A DNA stretch of 64,000 nucleotides from Takakia lepidozioides (lineage: Eukaryota; Plantae; Bryophyta). The number at the start of each line of letters is the position of its first letter. The first letter of the stretch is position 1. Below the pieces are notes generated by a model. The model was not told where the DNA came from. It was given only the letters and a program-made list of their open reading frames with translations, and searched no databases. Made by a program: the position numbers and the translations under genes. The stretch covers positions 36,890,001-36,954,000 of the forward strand of contig CM060734.1 in NCBI GenBank assembly GCA_030704615.1, read 5' to 3'. Of the stretch, positions 11,992-24,199 are shown piece by piece.

Positions 11992-12406
11992 GGGGCCGAC
12001 CGCAGAAAGGACAATGTGAAAATGGCTCTTAGTTATACCGGCTTTTGTCGTAGTCTACTCTCTCCCCTCTATTATGTATACTTGATCGGCAAGGTTTGCA
12101 AAACTATGCCTTCAGAGTACATCTCAATGTTCACTTTTAGAACCTATTCAGAATTATAATAGGGTAGGTCTTACATGTATTCCATGCATTTGTTTTTAGT
12201 ACTTGGTTAAGAAATATGTGGAGACATTTTATTAAGATAAAACATATAATTTACAAAGTTAGTAGAATTAATTAAAATTTTGAAATTGGTAAGTTAAATA
12301 GTTCGTTCTTACTTCCGATTTTTTTTTAGCAATTTATAGGTAGGTGATGCTCATAATTCATTATGATATGATGACTCATGAAAAGAGAAAAATGTGGAAT
12401 GTTTAT

Positions 12407-12439
<33 letters not shown>

Positions 12440-12509
12440 CCGGCCAAAGCCGGCGTAATTAAGAGCCACTTCGCCTTGCAGCTACTGCCCCCTTTCAGGG
12501 GTGGGCCCT
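11992..12509. mobile_element. MITE with ~75-bp degenerate TIRs (GGGCC ends, PIF/Harbinger-like)
   Basis: GGGCCGACCGCAGAAAGG...TGGCTCTTAGTTATACCGGCTTTTGTCGTAGTC vs revcomp GGGCCCACCCCTGAAAGG...TGGCTCTTAATTACGCCGGCTTTGGCCGGAGTC. TSD unclear. Confidence 0.55.
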
Positions 12510-14004
12510 CTAGGGGGGGAGCTGATTAGTCTAGGCAACACTTAATTAGTCAAAACTCTAGTGTAGATAAAGTTGCTCTTGCCCTAGACAAAATCAAAAT
12601 CTGTGATAATTAATGTTGACACCTTTGATCAAAACAATATGCTCTCATTGGGAATTTGTCGGCTACTGGGGATAATGGCATCGAAATTAACTAACATCAT
12701 TGTAAAACTAGAGACTCTAAATTTAAGACAACTGAGTTTTGAATATGTTACAAAACATTAGTTAAATTGTGTTGATCCATAATGTGGTTGCTTCTTTGTT
12801 TTGATGTTGATTTTTTGTCTTGATTGGAGCTCTTGTTGTTGTTGTTGTTGTTTGTTTTTTTGTTTTGTTTTGGCTTCGGCTCTCAATTTCTTGGATGCAT
12901 TGTCTCTTAGTTTGGCTATCATTCATGACTTTCGACCTTTTTTTTGCTTGGATATTGGTTATGGGAGGTTTTCCCTCTGTTAGCCGAATCACAACCTTGT
13001 GTGGTTTTACTTTTCTCACAAGAAAAGAACAAAGCTCATAATAACAATGAGGAAAAATAACCTCAAGAGCCATGAAAGTTTGTACTCAGAACTAGCATTT
13101 GTTAGCATTTTTTCCTCAAGTGTTCAAAATTCAAATGCGCCTTGAATTTGATCCTATGGTGTTCCAATGCTGCCAGTTGATATTCTCATCCAATTCCAAG
13201 GAGGTCCCCATCGATTAGGGAAGACTGAAGAACCACAATGTACCTTGACATCTATGCAAATAGAGGTTGGCTACTACATGCGTAGGCTCACGCCTCAGTG
13301 CACCTGCTCACTTGAGCATAAGAGGATATGTCGTATATTCTGAAAATATTCTTGGAAAAATACTTTAGCGAAACTAAAATGTGCTCATGCCAAACGAAAT
13401 GGGAAACATTTGGAAATTTCTGCTCACGTGAGCACAAGCCACAAAGTTGGGGCATAGGGAATTTCCTGTCAGTGCCATCTCCATCAACAATTTTTTGTTT
13501 ATTAATAGTTGCATATTTAATCATGTGATGTTGATGCTCGTAGCAATCACTAATATGCGAAACTAGACACAATTCATTTTGTTTTGCCCACGAAAGCATG
13601 GGTAATGACCTACCGCAATCAAAATGGACCCCTATTTTTGGGGTGTAAAGTGGTTTTGCCTGCCCTTAAACGACGACCTTACTGCCAACGGGCTGATTTA
13701 GGTTCCTTCATGGGCATTGTGGGCCCCATGGTGCTTTGTCAGGTGAACAAAAACGTACTGAATACTGTGACCAGCGTATTTGCCAAATGGAGGCGTATTA
13801 ATAAAGCTGAATGCTAATGTACACACGTTGTTATTCTAATTAACTCTGCATGGGGTTTAGGATTGATCAGATATGCTTTGATTTGTTTTTTAAAATGCCT
13901 TGGCGGCTGCTCAATTTCAAATTCACAGGGTTCCATTCACTCTGCCTGCATGTATAACTTCATTACGACTATTGCACACAACTTCGCAACTACAGGTTCT
14001 CATT

Positions 14005-14227
14005 CATGTGCAGGGAGCATAGTTTGGAGATTGGCTCAACATTGATTTATACTTCAGTTAATCCAGTCCATTACTATTGATTGATGTGCAGGGAGCATAG
14101 TTTGGAGATTGGAATCCCATTAGTTTACGCTTCAGTTAATCCAGTACATTATTACTAATTCATGTGCAGGGAGCATAGTTTGAAGATTGGCTTAGTTTAC
14201 ACTTCAGTTAATCTAGTTTATTACTAA
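14005..14227 (+). repeat. Three tandem 78-bp repeats
   Basis: ATGTGCAGGGAGCATAGTTTG...CTTCAGTTAATC starts at 14006, 14084 and 14162. Confidence 0.9.
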
Positions 14228-14237
14228 GTGTATAATC

Positions 14238-16626
14238 ATGAGTGAGGAGTGTGCAAGAGCGATGGACTTGAATTTCAGGCCCAGTCAAGCTTTTCGATTG
14301 TTGCCAGATATCGAGGTAGCTGATGATAGCGATGGAACGCAGATCAGTAGCCAACCACTCACAAGTGACTCAGATGACGGATACAATGAAAGGTATAAAC
14401 ATGCAAATGATGGAGGTCAAAGTGAGGATGATGGCCTTGAAAATTTCTAGTGGGGCCAGGGAGAGGATTCCCAAGTTGAATTTTAGGTGGGCCAAGGCCA
14501 AGCCCAAGATCAAGTTGAATTTCAGGTGGACCAAGGCCAACGTCAACCAGAATCTGCAGTACATCTAGACCAGACAACAACATTGCCAGAGACAAATACT
14601 GAAGGACCTGCCGACATTAACACTCTTCGATCTGATGGACCTGCTATGCGTGGGGGCCGCCCAAGGAGATGGAGGAGGCCTCTCAAGAATGGAAACTGGA
14701 CTGATGAACAGTTGCGAGGTGTCGTGGCTGCCGTTGACCGTGGAGACAGCATCAGATCCGCAACAAGGATGTTTGAAGTGCCTGCAACAAGTATGAGAAA
14801 CCACGTTTATGGCGTTACTACCAGTAGGAAGAGAGGCAGCAAAGGGACATTAAACGCCAAGGAAGAAGCTGAACTAGTCCAGTATATTGAAAAAATGCAA
14901 GATATTGGGCATCCATTGACACTAACTCAACTACGTCTGAAGGTGGCTGAAGTTACGCAAGAGAGAGTCACACCTTTCACAAATGGAATCACGGGCTGGG
15001 GGTGTGAGATGGTTCAGGTCACGACATCCACATCTTTCATTGAGAGTAGCTCAAGGACTAGAAACTGGGAGGGCCAAGGGACTATGTCCAGAGAACGTAA
15101 AGCAATCTAACCTGAAACTGATGTATGAGAAGCACAACTATGGGCCAACAATGATATGGAATTGTGACGAGTCCGGGGCCCAAGCTGGGCGAAACGGAGG
15201 TGCTGTTGTGCTGGCCAAGACCGGATCCAAATTTGTTCATTCTATAACACCAGATCAGAGGGAGTGGCTGAGCGTCCTCACCTGCATGAGTGCTACAGGA
15301 AGTTACATCCCAAACTTCTACATATTCAAAGGGAAAAGATTCCGTCGCAATTACATTCACAAATGTGAATCTGGAGCAACAATGGCAATGCAAAGAAAAG
15401 CATGGATGACTGCAATATTGTTTCACAAGTGGATATCACATTTTCTGGAATCAGCAAAGGCAATGGGCAATGACATTACTGTCACAAAGCAAGATCAGTA
15501 GGACTTGATGTCATTACACTTCCTTCCCACACATCCCATGCACTCCAGCCCCTTGATGTGGCAGTGTTCAAGCCCTTTAAGACTGCCTTCAGGAAATATA
15601 GAGATGTTTGGACCATGGCACATAAAGGAAGAGGAGCGTTGAAAGAAGATCTGGCCCAATGGGTCTCCCTTGCATTGAAAAAAGGACTAACCCCTACCAA
15701 CATTGCCAAGGGATTCAAGACCTCTGGGATCTGGCCTCTGAATCCAGAAACCATGGCAAGAAAGATGGGGCCGGCAGAATGTTTCTCAGGGCCGGGGACA
15801 CCAGACCTGCACGCCGAGGAGATCAGGCCAGAATCAATGGACGAGGATACACTTGAGGGGGAGGTAGAAGACGTACTTTCTGCCCTTCATGTGGAAGAGG
15901 TGTTGGGCAACCATGTGCCCAGCATACAAGAGAATCACCACCACTACTTTGTGGTGGTCAAAGAGCTATATGAGGATGGGCGCAATGACCAGGAAAGGGG
16001 CGATGACAACCAGCCACACTTTCGCAGTAGCCAGGAGTCCTTAGTGCAGCTCGATGATGACGCAGACTGGGAGAAGGTTCCTAGCCAGCCAGAGGTCCCT
16101 TCATCAATCTCCCGATTCTTGACGCTCCCAGAGGCTCCTGCAGTCAATCGAAGGGTAAGAGCATTAGGAGATGAACCTATTATAGACTACAACAAGTCAA
16201 TTATAATGACATCTGATGTATACTTGGCAGCACTAGAGCAAAAAGTGAGACTAAAAGAAGAAGCAACCCAAGCTCGTGAGCAGAAAAAAGAGGAGACCCT
16301 GCACGGTAAAGCAAAGCGGGCAGCCGAGAAGATCGAGAAAGATGCTCTCAAGAAGGCCCGAACACAAGAGCGACTGGCCAGGAGGGCCTTCGATGCAAGT
16401 GGTCGGCACGAGCCTATAGCGAGGCAGGAGAATGTCTGCATGCAACAATCAAAGCAAACAACCCCTCCCCAAGCATGCATGGATCGCCCCATTGTGCGGG
16501 TGGGCTCCACCAATCTGTAAACACAATAAAAAAATTGCTATTGCTAAACGTCGGGCAAAGGCTCGAGGGGAAGACACAAGTCATCTACAGCATCAACCAG
16601 GTTCGGGACCACCTGTTGTAGAGTGA
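14238..16626 (+). mobile_element. Degenerate pogo/Fot1-type DDE_1 transposase (HTH-psq, CENP-B HTH, DDE)
   Basis: NWTDEQLRGVVAAVDRGDSIRSATRMFEVPATSM, LNAKEEAELVQYI, IWNCDESG and LPSHTSHALQPLDVAVFKPFK. It has a stop at 14448, several frameshifts, and lacks the middle LILDGH motif at ~15490. Confidence 0.9.
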
Positions 16627-17639
16627 GTTGCTGTCATGGCGGGCCATGGTGGGAAGGAGTTGCTGGGAGGCGACAGAGATGGCGGGAGGAATCAAGGTGG
16701 TGGCGGGAGAACAATAGGTGGAGAGCCGTGGCCTGTGACACTTGGATGGTCCAAATTAGTGCAGTGAGAGGTGAGGTTTCAGGCTAGAAAAGCACGCAGT
16801 TTGGCACACTTTGGATCACTACGTGCTTAAATAAGAATCCAAATCTAGGAGAGTGGGGTCCACTTTACATGCAGGATTGACCATTTGGCACACATCCACG
16901 GTTTCCAAGGGCTTACTAGAGTTCATGCATCCGATCTCCATTATTTCGCTACTGCACCATAGGATACCTTTTGCTTTTGTGGGCCGAGCTGTTGGGTGAG
17001 TTATTGGGTGTAGTAGTTGGTGTGTGGGGGCCATTTCAAGTGCACATCTCGTGCATATCAGGTCACATGTAGGCTTCATATTAGATAATATTTCAGTGAG
17101 TTATGGTACCCTCTATAGCTCAGGCATAGCATTTTTGTGCCCTGCCACTTTGATAATATATATCAATTAGCCACTTCGTCCAAAATTCATGCAATTCATA
17201 CCACAAGCTGTTTGTTCAATTGCTAATCCAGTCATATAATTTTTCCCCTTACTGCACCAATTGTATGGGCATATCTGCTTATTTGGGTGTAACTACCTTA
17301 TAGTGAAACATATTCTATACGTTTGCAAAGTCAAAGCTTGTTGTGGGTACAATATATACACACACCCACACCCATCTTTTCTGCAGTGGCACACCCACAC
17401 AATAGGCGGGGCCTAGACGCAACTTGAACAACTATATGATCAAGTAAGTACGATAGCAAGCCACCAAATCCTTAAATACACTTAAAGACCCACAAGCACA
17501 TTGATAGCATGCCACCAAGTCCTTAAATATACACTGAGACCCACATCTCCAATGTCCTAGATCATAAACTCTCCAACTATTTCTGGTGCACCCAGAGCTA
17601 CCCCGAACACATCATATATCTCAGTGTGTGTGTTTTTTT

Positions 17640-17870
17640 TTTTTTTTTTACAAAAGATGAAGCCCCGAAGCGTAAAATTTTTTGAAATTTGGAAAACAAC
17701 ACATGTGGCTACAGAGTTTTGCAAAACAATAGCCATACATTATGTTCATCCATTCAAATTAGGATAGATTCATCCACCTCCGTACTTGAATCCATTTATA
17801 TAATCCATAATTGGCGAATTCATCCATAATTTATCCATTTGGTGAAAATTCGCCAATAAAGAAATCGCTG
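17640..17870 (-). mobile_element. Terminal fragment of a hAT-like non-autonomous element
   Basis: Minus-strand end CAGCGATTTCTTTATTGGCGAATTTTCACCAAA with repeated ATCCA/GGCGAA subterminal motifs. The partner end was not found. Confidence 0.35.
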
Positions 17871-18979
17871 CCATATAAATCTCAAACGAAAACACCTAAT
17901 CTGGCCCTCCCTATACCCTATACCCTCACCCTTTTGCCCCTTTTACAACACCCACACCCCCACTGAAGACACCTCGCCACACATGGTCACTCAATGCATC
18001 CACCCAATCATACATGGCACCCACCCACACTTTTCCACAATGGCTTTTGAGCCTTTGCTCCTTGCCCACCTCTTCACACTATTGTTGTTTCTGGTTTTGG
18101 AGGGGGGGGGGGGCAAGAGTATGTTGGCCACCTAATTTGCTTTGGGGGACAACTGTGGCAGATCCCCATATTTGGCTCCTGTTTGAGAGCCAGCAGTGTA
18201 ATGGGACTGCGTGTCCAGAGTATTTTGGTGGAAGTGATGGATATGTGGGGTATGGCAGGTATGGCAGATGAGCTTTCGTGTGTGTGCTTGATACAGTGTA
18301 TTCGGGGGAGGGGGGGAGATGAGGCTACATTACAAAGCCACTAGAGCCCAGAAAACAAGAGTGAGTTTGTAGAAATTTGTGAGAGTGAGAGTGAGAGCGG
18401 TACTAAAAAGATGTTGGGCTCACTTGCGGATCTTCTAAAGCGATTCAAGCTTGCAACATATCTACTGGAAGGGGTGGTTTCCAAGGGCTTGTAAGGGGTG
18501 GTTTCCCATTCTCAAGATACGGCAATGCAGCTGACATATTGGAGCTGTACCTTGGTTCATGTAATAGTGCTGCATTGCTTCCGGTTGGAAATTTGATAGT
18601 AAGAAGTAGATGCCAGTGTCCTTATGAACACCCCGCTCAAAGGAGCTTCCATGTAGACCACCTATGACTTGAGCAGTTGCCACCATACTCGCAGTGGTCA
18701 CCAACATACCCGATCCACTTATTAGGAAACGTCCTTAAATGTCCAGCCTGCCCGGCGGCTGCAGTCAAGCTGCCCCAGCTGTTGGACTTTGATAGGGCTC
18801 TACCATATCACTCTTATATTCCATCTCTCGCAAACACAAGTGGATGAAACTGCTTCATGTAGAAGTAGCTTCCCCTCATCTTATCTGTCACCATTAAAGA
18901 TGTCTAAAGGGTCTCAAACTGTCTGTGAGGATATAGTACAGCCCTATGTATGAGTTATGGAAAGTGGATCATGGCTAAC

Positions 18980-21072
18980 GTACCAATGTCGAGCGCATCA
19001 GGACTGATTCCATGCCTTCTCACAATTCTGTACAAGCCTGCAAACTTTGCATCAAACACAATCAGAACTTTCGCATAGGTACACTGCTTGATACTGAAAG
19101 GTTAGGAAACCTGTTTCTCAAGTAATACTTAAAGCCATGCCTTGCATTCACACAAGGGTGTGAAGACTTACAGAGATGGCAGGAATTACATAGAGCTTTG
19201 CAAAACTGTCATGGCCCTCTGCCTCAGCATAGCGTCCTACAAAAAACTGCCACAGGAATAAACTCCAGTCCAACTTTGTACATACCACCAGATGATAACC
19301 TGCAATTGTAACCACAGCTTTTATCCTTGAGGGTCCATGAACAGCAGTGGCAGCTAGTTAAAGACCACAACTGAGTCTAGGGTTGACCTGTATAGAGATG
19401 ATCTGAGAGAGTGTGGTGTTCTTGTTGAAATGCGACAGAGCACCATTAAACAAAAATTGTCTCAGTACTCAGACCAACATGCCTTGTGGTGAGGTAAAGA
19501 AGCTAATCTAATACTATTGTTTCTACTTCAGTGAAGGCAGCAGCAAGAGCTTTCGGCTGTTCCTCAAATGGGGACTAATTTGTAGCAGCTGCAGGGGTCA
19601 TAATCAATGTCCCCAAACATTGGTACTTATCTTCATCAACCAAGCAATGAATACCAAAGGTTGACCCTGCCAAACTCCAAAGGAACTACTGCCTCAAGGA
19701 CTGGAGTCACTGATACTAGGTGACTGGATGACCTTGGGTTGGCTATAATGGGTGATATCGAACATACATTTATGTGGCTTTGAACACACAACCACTTATA
19801 AGGCAGCCTTGTGCCCTAGCCACTGGGCCATCTGTTGGATGCTCAATGAATACCAGACAAGTAAAATAGATGGTTTGGTAATTTCTTCAGCTAAATAACA
19901 TGCATGCAAAGTGGCGCATATAATCTACCTCTGACTGCTTCCAAGAAGGAAACTGAATGAAAGTAGTCTGAAGACATGTAAGAGGTGTTGTGAGCTATCA
20001 AGAAGTGCCCTGTAAAATTTGGACAATCTGAATTGAAATTCTACCTGCCATCACCGGCTTCTCGGATGTTGACTGCACCTAGAGAAGATGATCCTCCTCA
20101 AATCCATGTCATTTGACCTGATGGTCCAGTGGCCCGTCCCTCAAGCCGACAGAGTTAACTGTGCAGTTTCCAAAAGAAACCCAACCATATGACATTGAAA
20201 AATCGGGAAGGAATAAGCAGATTGGCACTGATAGAGCACACAAAAAGAATGGAGAAAGATGGCACCTTGGTAGCCGGCACTACACTGTCACTCGGAATCC
20301 TGAAACGCTTGAGCCACCGTCGCACATACTCGTCTGTTCTTTCCTGGGTCTCTGCACCGGGTACCTGCACAGCGCATTCACTGATTAGTAAAAGTAAGAT
20401 CAGGTTCACTAGTTCACTTGCTGGAGGTGACCGATGACCCACATTCTTCAAGTATGTATGGAATCGATAAAATTGTGAAATAATGGAGAAGACTTCAGAT
20501 ACACTTTTAGGTGCAACTTCTCCACATCAAATTTAGCTCAGATTCTCAGACGACAGGCGGATGGTACTCGTTCACTTGATCCAATTGCTACTGCAAAAGG
20601 TTCTGTAGACTTGCATATCACAATACACTTGCAACTTTCTTACTGGAGCTGGAGATACTCGGCCAATAGACCCAACTCACATCCAAAACCACCACACCCC
20701 CGGTATCAAAAGATGGCAGATTTATCTACAATGGTTTCGTAAATGACCCACATCCAGTAATGCACTCACGTTTCCGTGTGGAAGAAGTTGATACCTGCCT
20801 CAGTGGGCATCTTCAGCTGCTCGCAAGCTTCAGCATAATTGTTCTGCTCCCCAGATGTCATCGTTCCCGCATCAACAAACGTTGGCCATGGTGAATAAGC
20901 CCAACGTTAAAAGGAAAGCCATACGTGCCCTGCCGACTTCATGAACCTTACAATCAATGCAGAGGTATGAGGGAGAAGTTGAGAACCGAGGCATGATCTG
21001 GAGACTTGCAAGCTGGGCCGAACGTCGAACATTCCAAATTCCAATCCCATCGTCTTCTTCCTTGCCTTCCAC
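18980..21072 (-). pseudogene. Tas-like aldo-keto reductase pseudogene (intron-containing)
   Basis: Ordered fragments PSLQVSRSCLG, GTMTSGEQN...AGINFFHTE, VPGAETQERTDEYVRRWLKRFRIPSDSVVPATKV, GPSGQMTWI*GG, MFGDIDYDP..FEEQPKAL, GRYAEAEG, RRHGISPDALDIG, with stops and frameshifts. Confidence 0.8.
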
Positions 21073-21292
21073 CTACCATCACGGCCACAAGCCCAGCTCA
21101 TATAAGTGGATGTGTGGACCCCACGCAGGCCAACGGCCCATGAAATCACTGTGGGCTCCGGCGGCCGTGTAACGGCAGCCACCGGCGCCGGCGCCGGAGG
21201 CCCTCCGACAGCCCTCCCATCGTCTCTCTCACTGCCATTCAGGACTGGAACTGAGAGTGTGAGGACTGAGGGGGAAAGAGAGGCGGGGAAGA

Positions 21293-23034
21293 ATGTCCAG
21301 GCCCAACTCTGGGGCTCCCAGAGTTGTAAGTTATCCCCCGCCTCCAAGAGTTCAAAGTCATCACCCGCCGCTGCATACATTGCATCATCCGACATTGCAT
21401 CCACCTCCACATTATCAAGCTGTTTTGACCCCAGACGTTGGAAGCTCAGGAATAAGCTCAAGCAAGGTTCACATCAGTCCAAGTGTGTTAGTGATTGTTG
21501 TCATTCTGAGTGTGGTGCTCATTCTGTCAGGATTTCTCCACCTGCTTGCTCGATGTTTGGGTAGGCGGTCGGCGCAGCCAAGGGGAAGCCCGCCTCTGAT
21601 TAGTCCTGTGAGTTCTCTACGTGGGCAGCTGCAGCATCTGTTCCACTTGCATGACTCAGGTGTGGAACAGGCATTCATAGATACACTACCTGTGTTCTTT
21701 TATGGGTCTATTCGGGGGTTGAAGGATCGTGCTGACTGTGCGGTGTGTCTGACTGAGTTTGGTGAAGATGAGCGCCTTAGGCTTCTCCCCAAGTGCAAGC
21801 ATGCGTTCCACTTGGAATGTATCGACACCTGATTGCTATCAAATTCGACTTGCCCCCTCTGCCGGCAGACCCTGTTGCCAGAGGCTCCTTCCGCGGTTCC
21901 TCGGCCGGCCAGTAGTTTTGAATCGAGCATGCGTGAGAGGACTGGAGAAATGGAGATGGTCGAAGGGGGTTGTGCACAGGGGCTCCTCCTTGATGAAAAA
22001 ACCAAACAGGGCCCCCGCTACGCCATGGGAGTTTCCGTAACTTCGAGCCTAAGGAAGCGGAACTCGAGGGCGAGAGAATGGTGGAGAGTGAAGATCCCAC
22101 GCTGCCTACAGTTTGTGTGACCGAATCCGACGGTTCGGAGAGGATATTGACAGTGGAGTTAGGGAATGTGAAAATTGATGCCAGGAGAGTGAGTAGTGGG
22201 AGCAATGGAACACGCAGGGCGGGCCGGTCTTACTCAATGGGTTCTTATGAATATATTGTGGATCTATCCAATCTTGAGCTGACCATTGCTCCCACTCCAT
22301 TTCCTGGTCGCCCGCAGAACTGGGCACCTTCGAGACCTACTCACCGTAGTGCCCTTTCGGATAGTATACCAGAACTGGGGAGTGCTGGGGGAACACCTGC
22401 GAATGATGATCTTTTCTGGGCCAGCAGAGGCCTTTACACACCCCAATCTCTCTCTAGAGTGAGAGAGATCATGACACCAAGCCCAGGGCGCGTCGCCTAC
22501 TCCCCGCTTTCAGAATGCCGTGGGTAAACTTCCCCAACATTGGCCAGGAGCTACCAGATCCAGGGGAGCAGTGGATAGCGATCCACAAGGAGGAGCATGT
22601 AACGTGAGCCGATCTTACGTTCTTTCAGGAATGAATGTTGAAATCGACATACCTGTAGACGAAGAGTCCAAGGCAATACTCTTCTCAGCAGCTGAATCGG
22701 TAGCAGAGAGAGAGAGAGCGATTGCTCGCAACGTTCTTCCTCGCTCAGGTTACCCGAAGGAAAAGCTAGTGTGAGTCGATTTCGAAGAACATTATCTGAA
22801 ACAGCAGGTTTGGAGTCAGCCTCAGAGCATGTCGCCCCAGAAGTACCATCGAATGGATCTCTTCCTTCCAGTAGAGGTGAGAGTAGCAAGAACTTATTAC
22901 CAAGTTCAAGGAAGTACACATTCAACTGGCTCATGGGTAGAGACAGAAGGGTGGGTTCAGCTGCTACTCCATCTCCGGTGGATGCTTCCCACAGCATTGA
23001 AAGCAGAGACACAAGTCAAGTGTTGTCTTCCTGA
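21293..23034 (+). pseudogene. ATL-family RING-H2 E3 ligase (ATL13/46-like), disrupted
   Basis: TM helix, HLHDSGVEQAFIDTLPVF, CAVCL...CKHAFHLECIDT*LLSNSTCPLCR (TGG>TGA at 21830) and the RSYSMGSYEYIVD motif. Frame changes occur near 22040, 22520 and 22770. Confidence 0.88.
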
Positions 23035-24199
23035 CTATTTGTGGCTCCTCAACCAGGATTGTATCTTTACTTCTACTGAGAATTATCTAGTCCCCTTTTG
23101 GAACCACATGACCTATTTTTCTCGCAAATCCAAGGAGTGTGGAATTGGGATGGATTCACTGTGTCCTCCTTCTCCTGACTTTGTGTGATCATTTCCATCC
23201 AATAGTTAGCCCTGGGTGCCGGGTACTGATAGTGCATTTCACTGGCACTGTGCTTCTCCATCTGTTGCTGTTGGTTGTGTGTCTCTCATTAGCAGGCTTG
23301 GTTGGACTCCCCATTTTACATGAGGAGCTATAAGACCCAATCCCCTCATTGTTGGTGGCTTCTGAATCTGTGCACGCCACTCTGAATCTGCACAATAGTG
23401 TCACAACCATTTGTCACAATACAGCAGTGCAGCTCATGAATGAACTTTGGCTTGATCCATGTGTGGAAATAGGCTGTCCATCACAACTCTGGATCACTGT
23501 TAGTTGCCGTGGAACTCTGCATTCTGCCTCAAAACTGGCTTGCATCTCTGTAATGCGAGAGACAAATCTGAAATCCATGAGTTCGTCCACTTGGTGCCCC
23601 TCCACTGGTTAAGCTCAGACTTCGGATCCAGATTATGAGCCAAACTTAGTCTTAGTCTTCACACCTTTGTTACAGATCTTTGGAGATTAGTCATGGGTGT
23701 TTGTCACAGCTGGATACAAAGTATAGCTTGCCAGCGACATGGTGCTCAATGAATAGTTTGTTACAAGTTGGGAGCCTGCAAGTTGGCATTACTAAATTAC
23801 TTTCCACCATAGTGTGTGGCAATCAGTGCAACACACATTCCAATATCCAACGTCATGCAGCCTAAATCTTAGGATTTCCTGATCTTTAGTCTCCTGCATC
23901 GAAGCCTACCACCTGACACTTGCCCATGCAAGATGCAGGCCATCAACATAGGGCCAACATTTGGAAGGATGTACACACAGTCACAAGTCACAAATGTTAT
24001 ATGTCAATTTGCACACCAGCAGAGTTGCATCTTTGTGATGTCTATAGACTCTTGAAAGTAGTGTGTTCTGCTTTTGCATTCTGCTTTTCAAACGGATATG
24101 CCCCGGTCCAATTGGCTACTTGCGAGAAAGCAACCCCAACTGAAAACTGGATAAAGGAAAGTGTGAAAGAGGTCTATCTGTGAGCTAAGCAGCTGGAGC

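Noticed and set aside
14005-14227. CRISPR-like array
   Set aside because: Whole 78-bp units are homologous, with no unique spacers. The context is a eukaryotic TE with no cas genes.
18460-18900. Minus-strand peptide (FYMKQFHPLVFARDG..YGRALSKS) suggestive of a viral RdRp motif E
   Set aside because: No GDD or other RdRp motifs. It is contiguous with, and more simply explained as, the decayed 3' end of the AKR pseudogene.
21830-21832. Premature TGA in the RING-H2 gene rescued by U-to-C editing or read as selenocysteine
   Set aside because: The conserved residue is Trp (TGG), whereas U-to-C editing would give Arg. The gene is nuclear and also has frameshifts.
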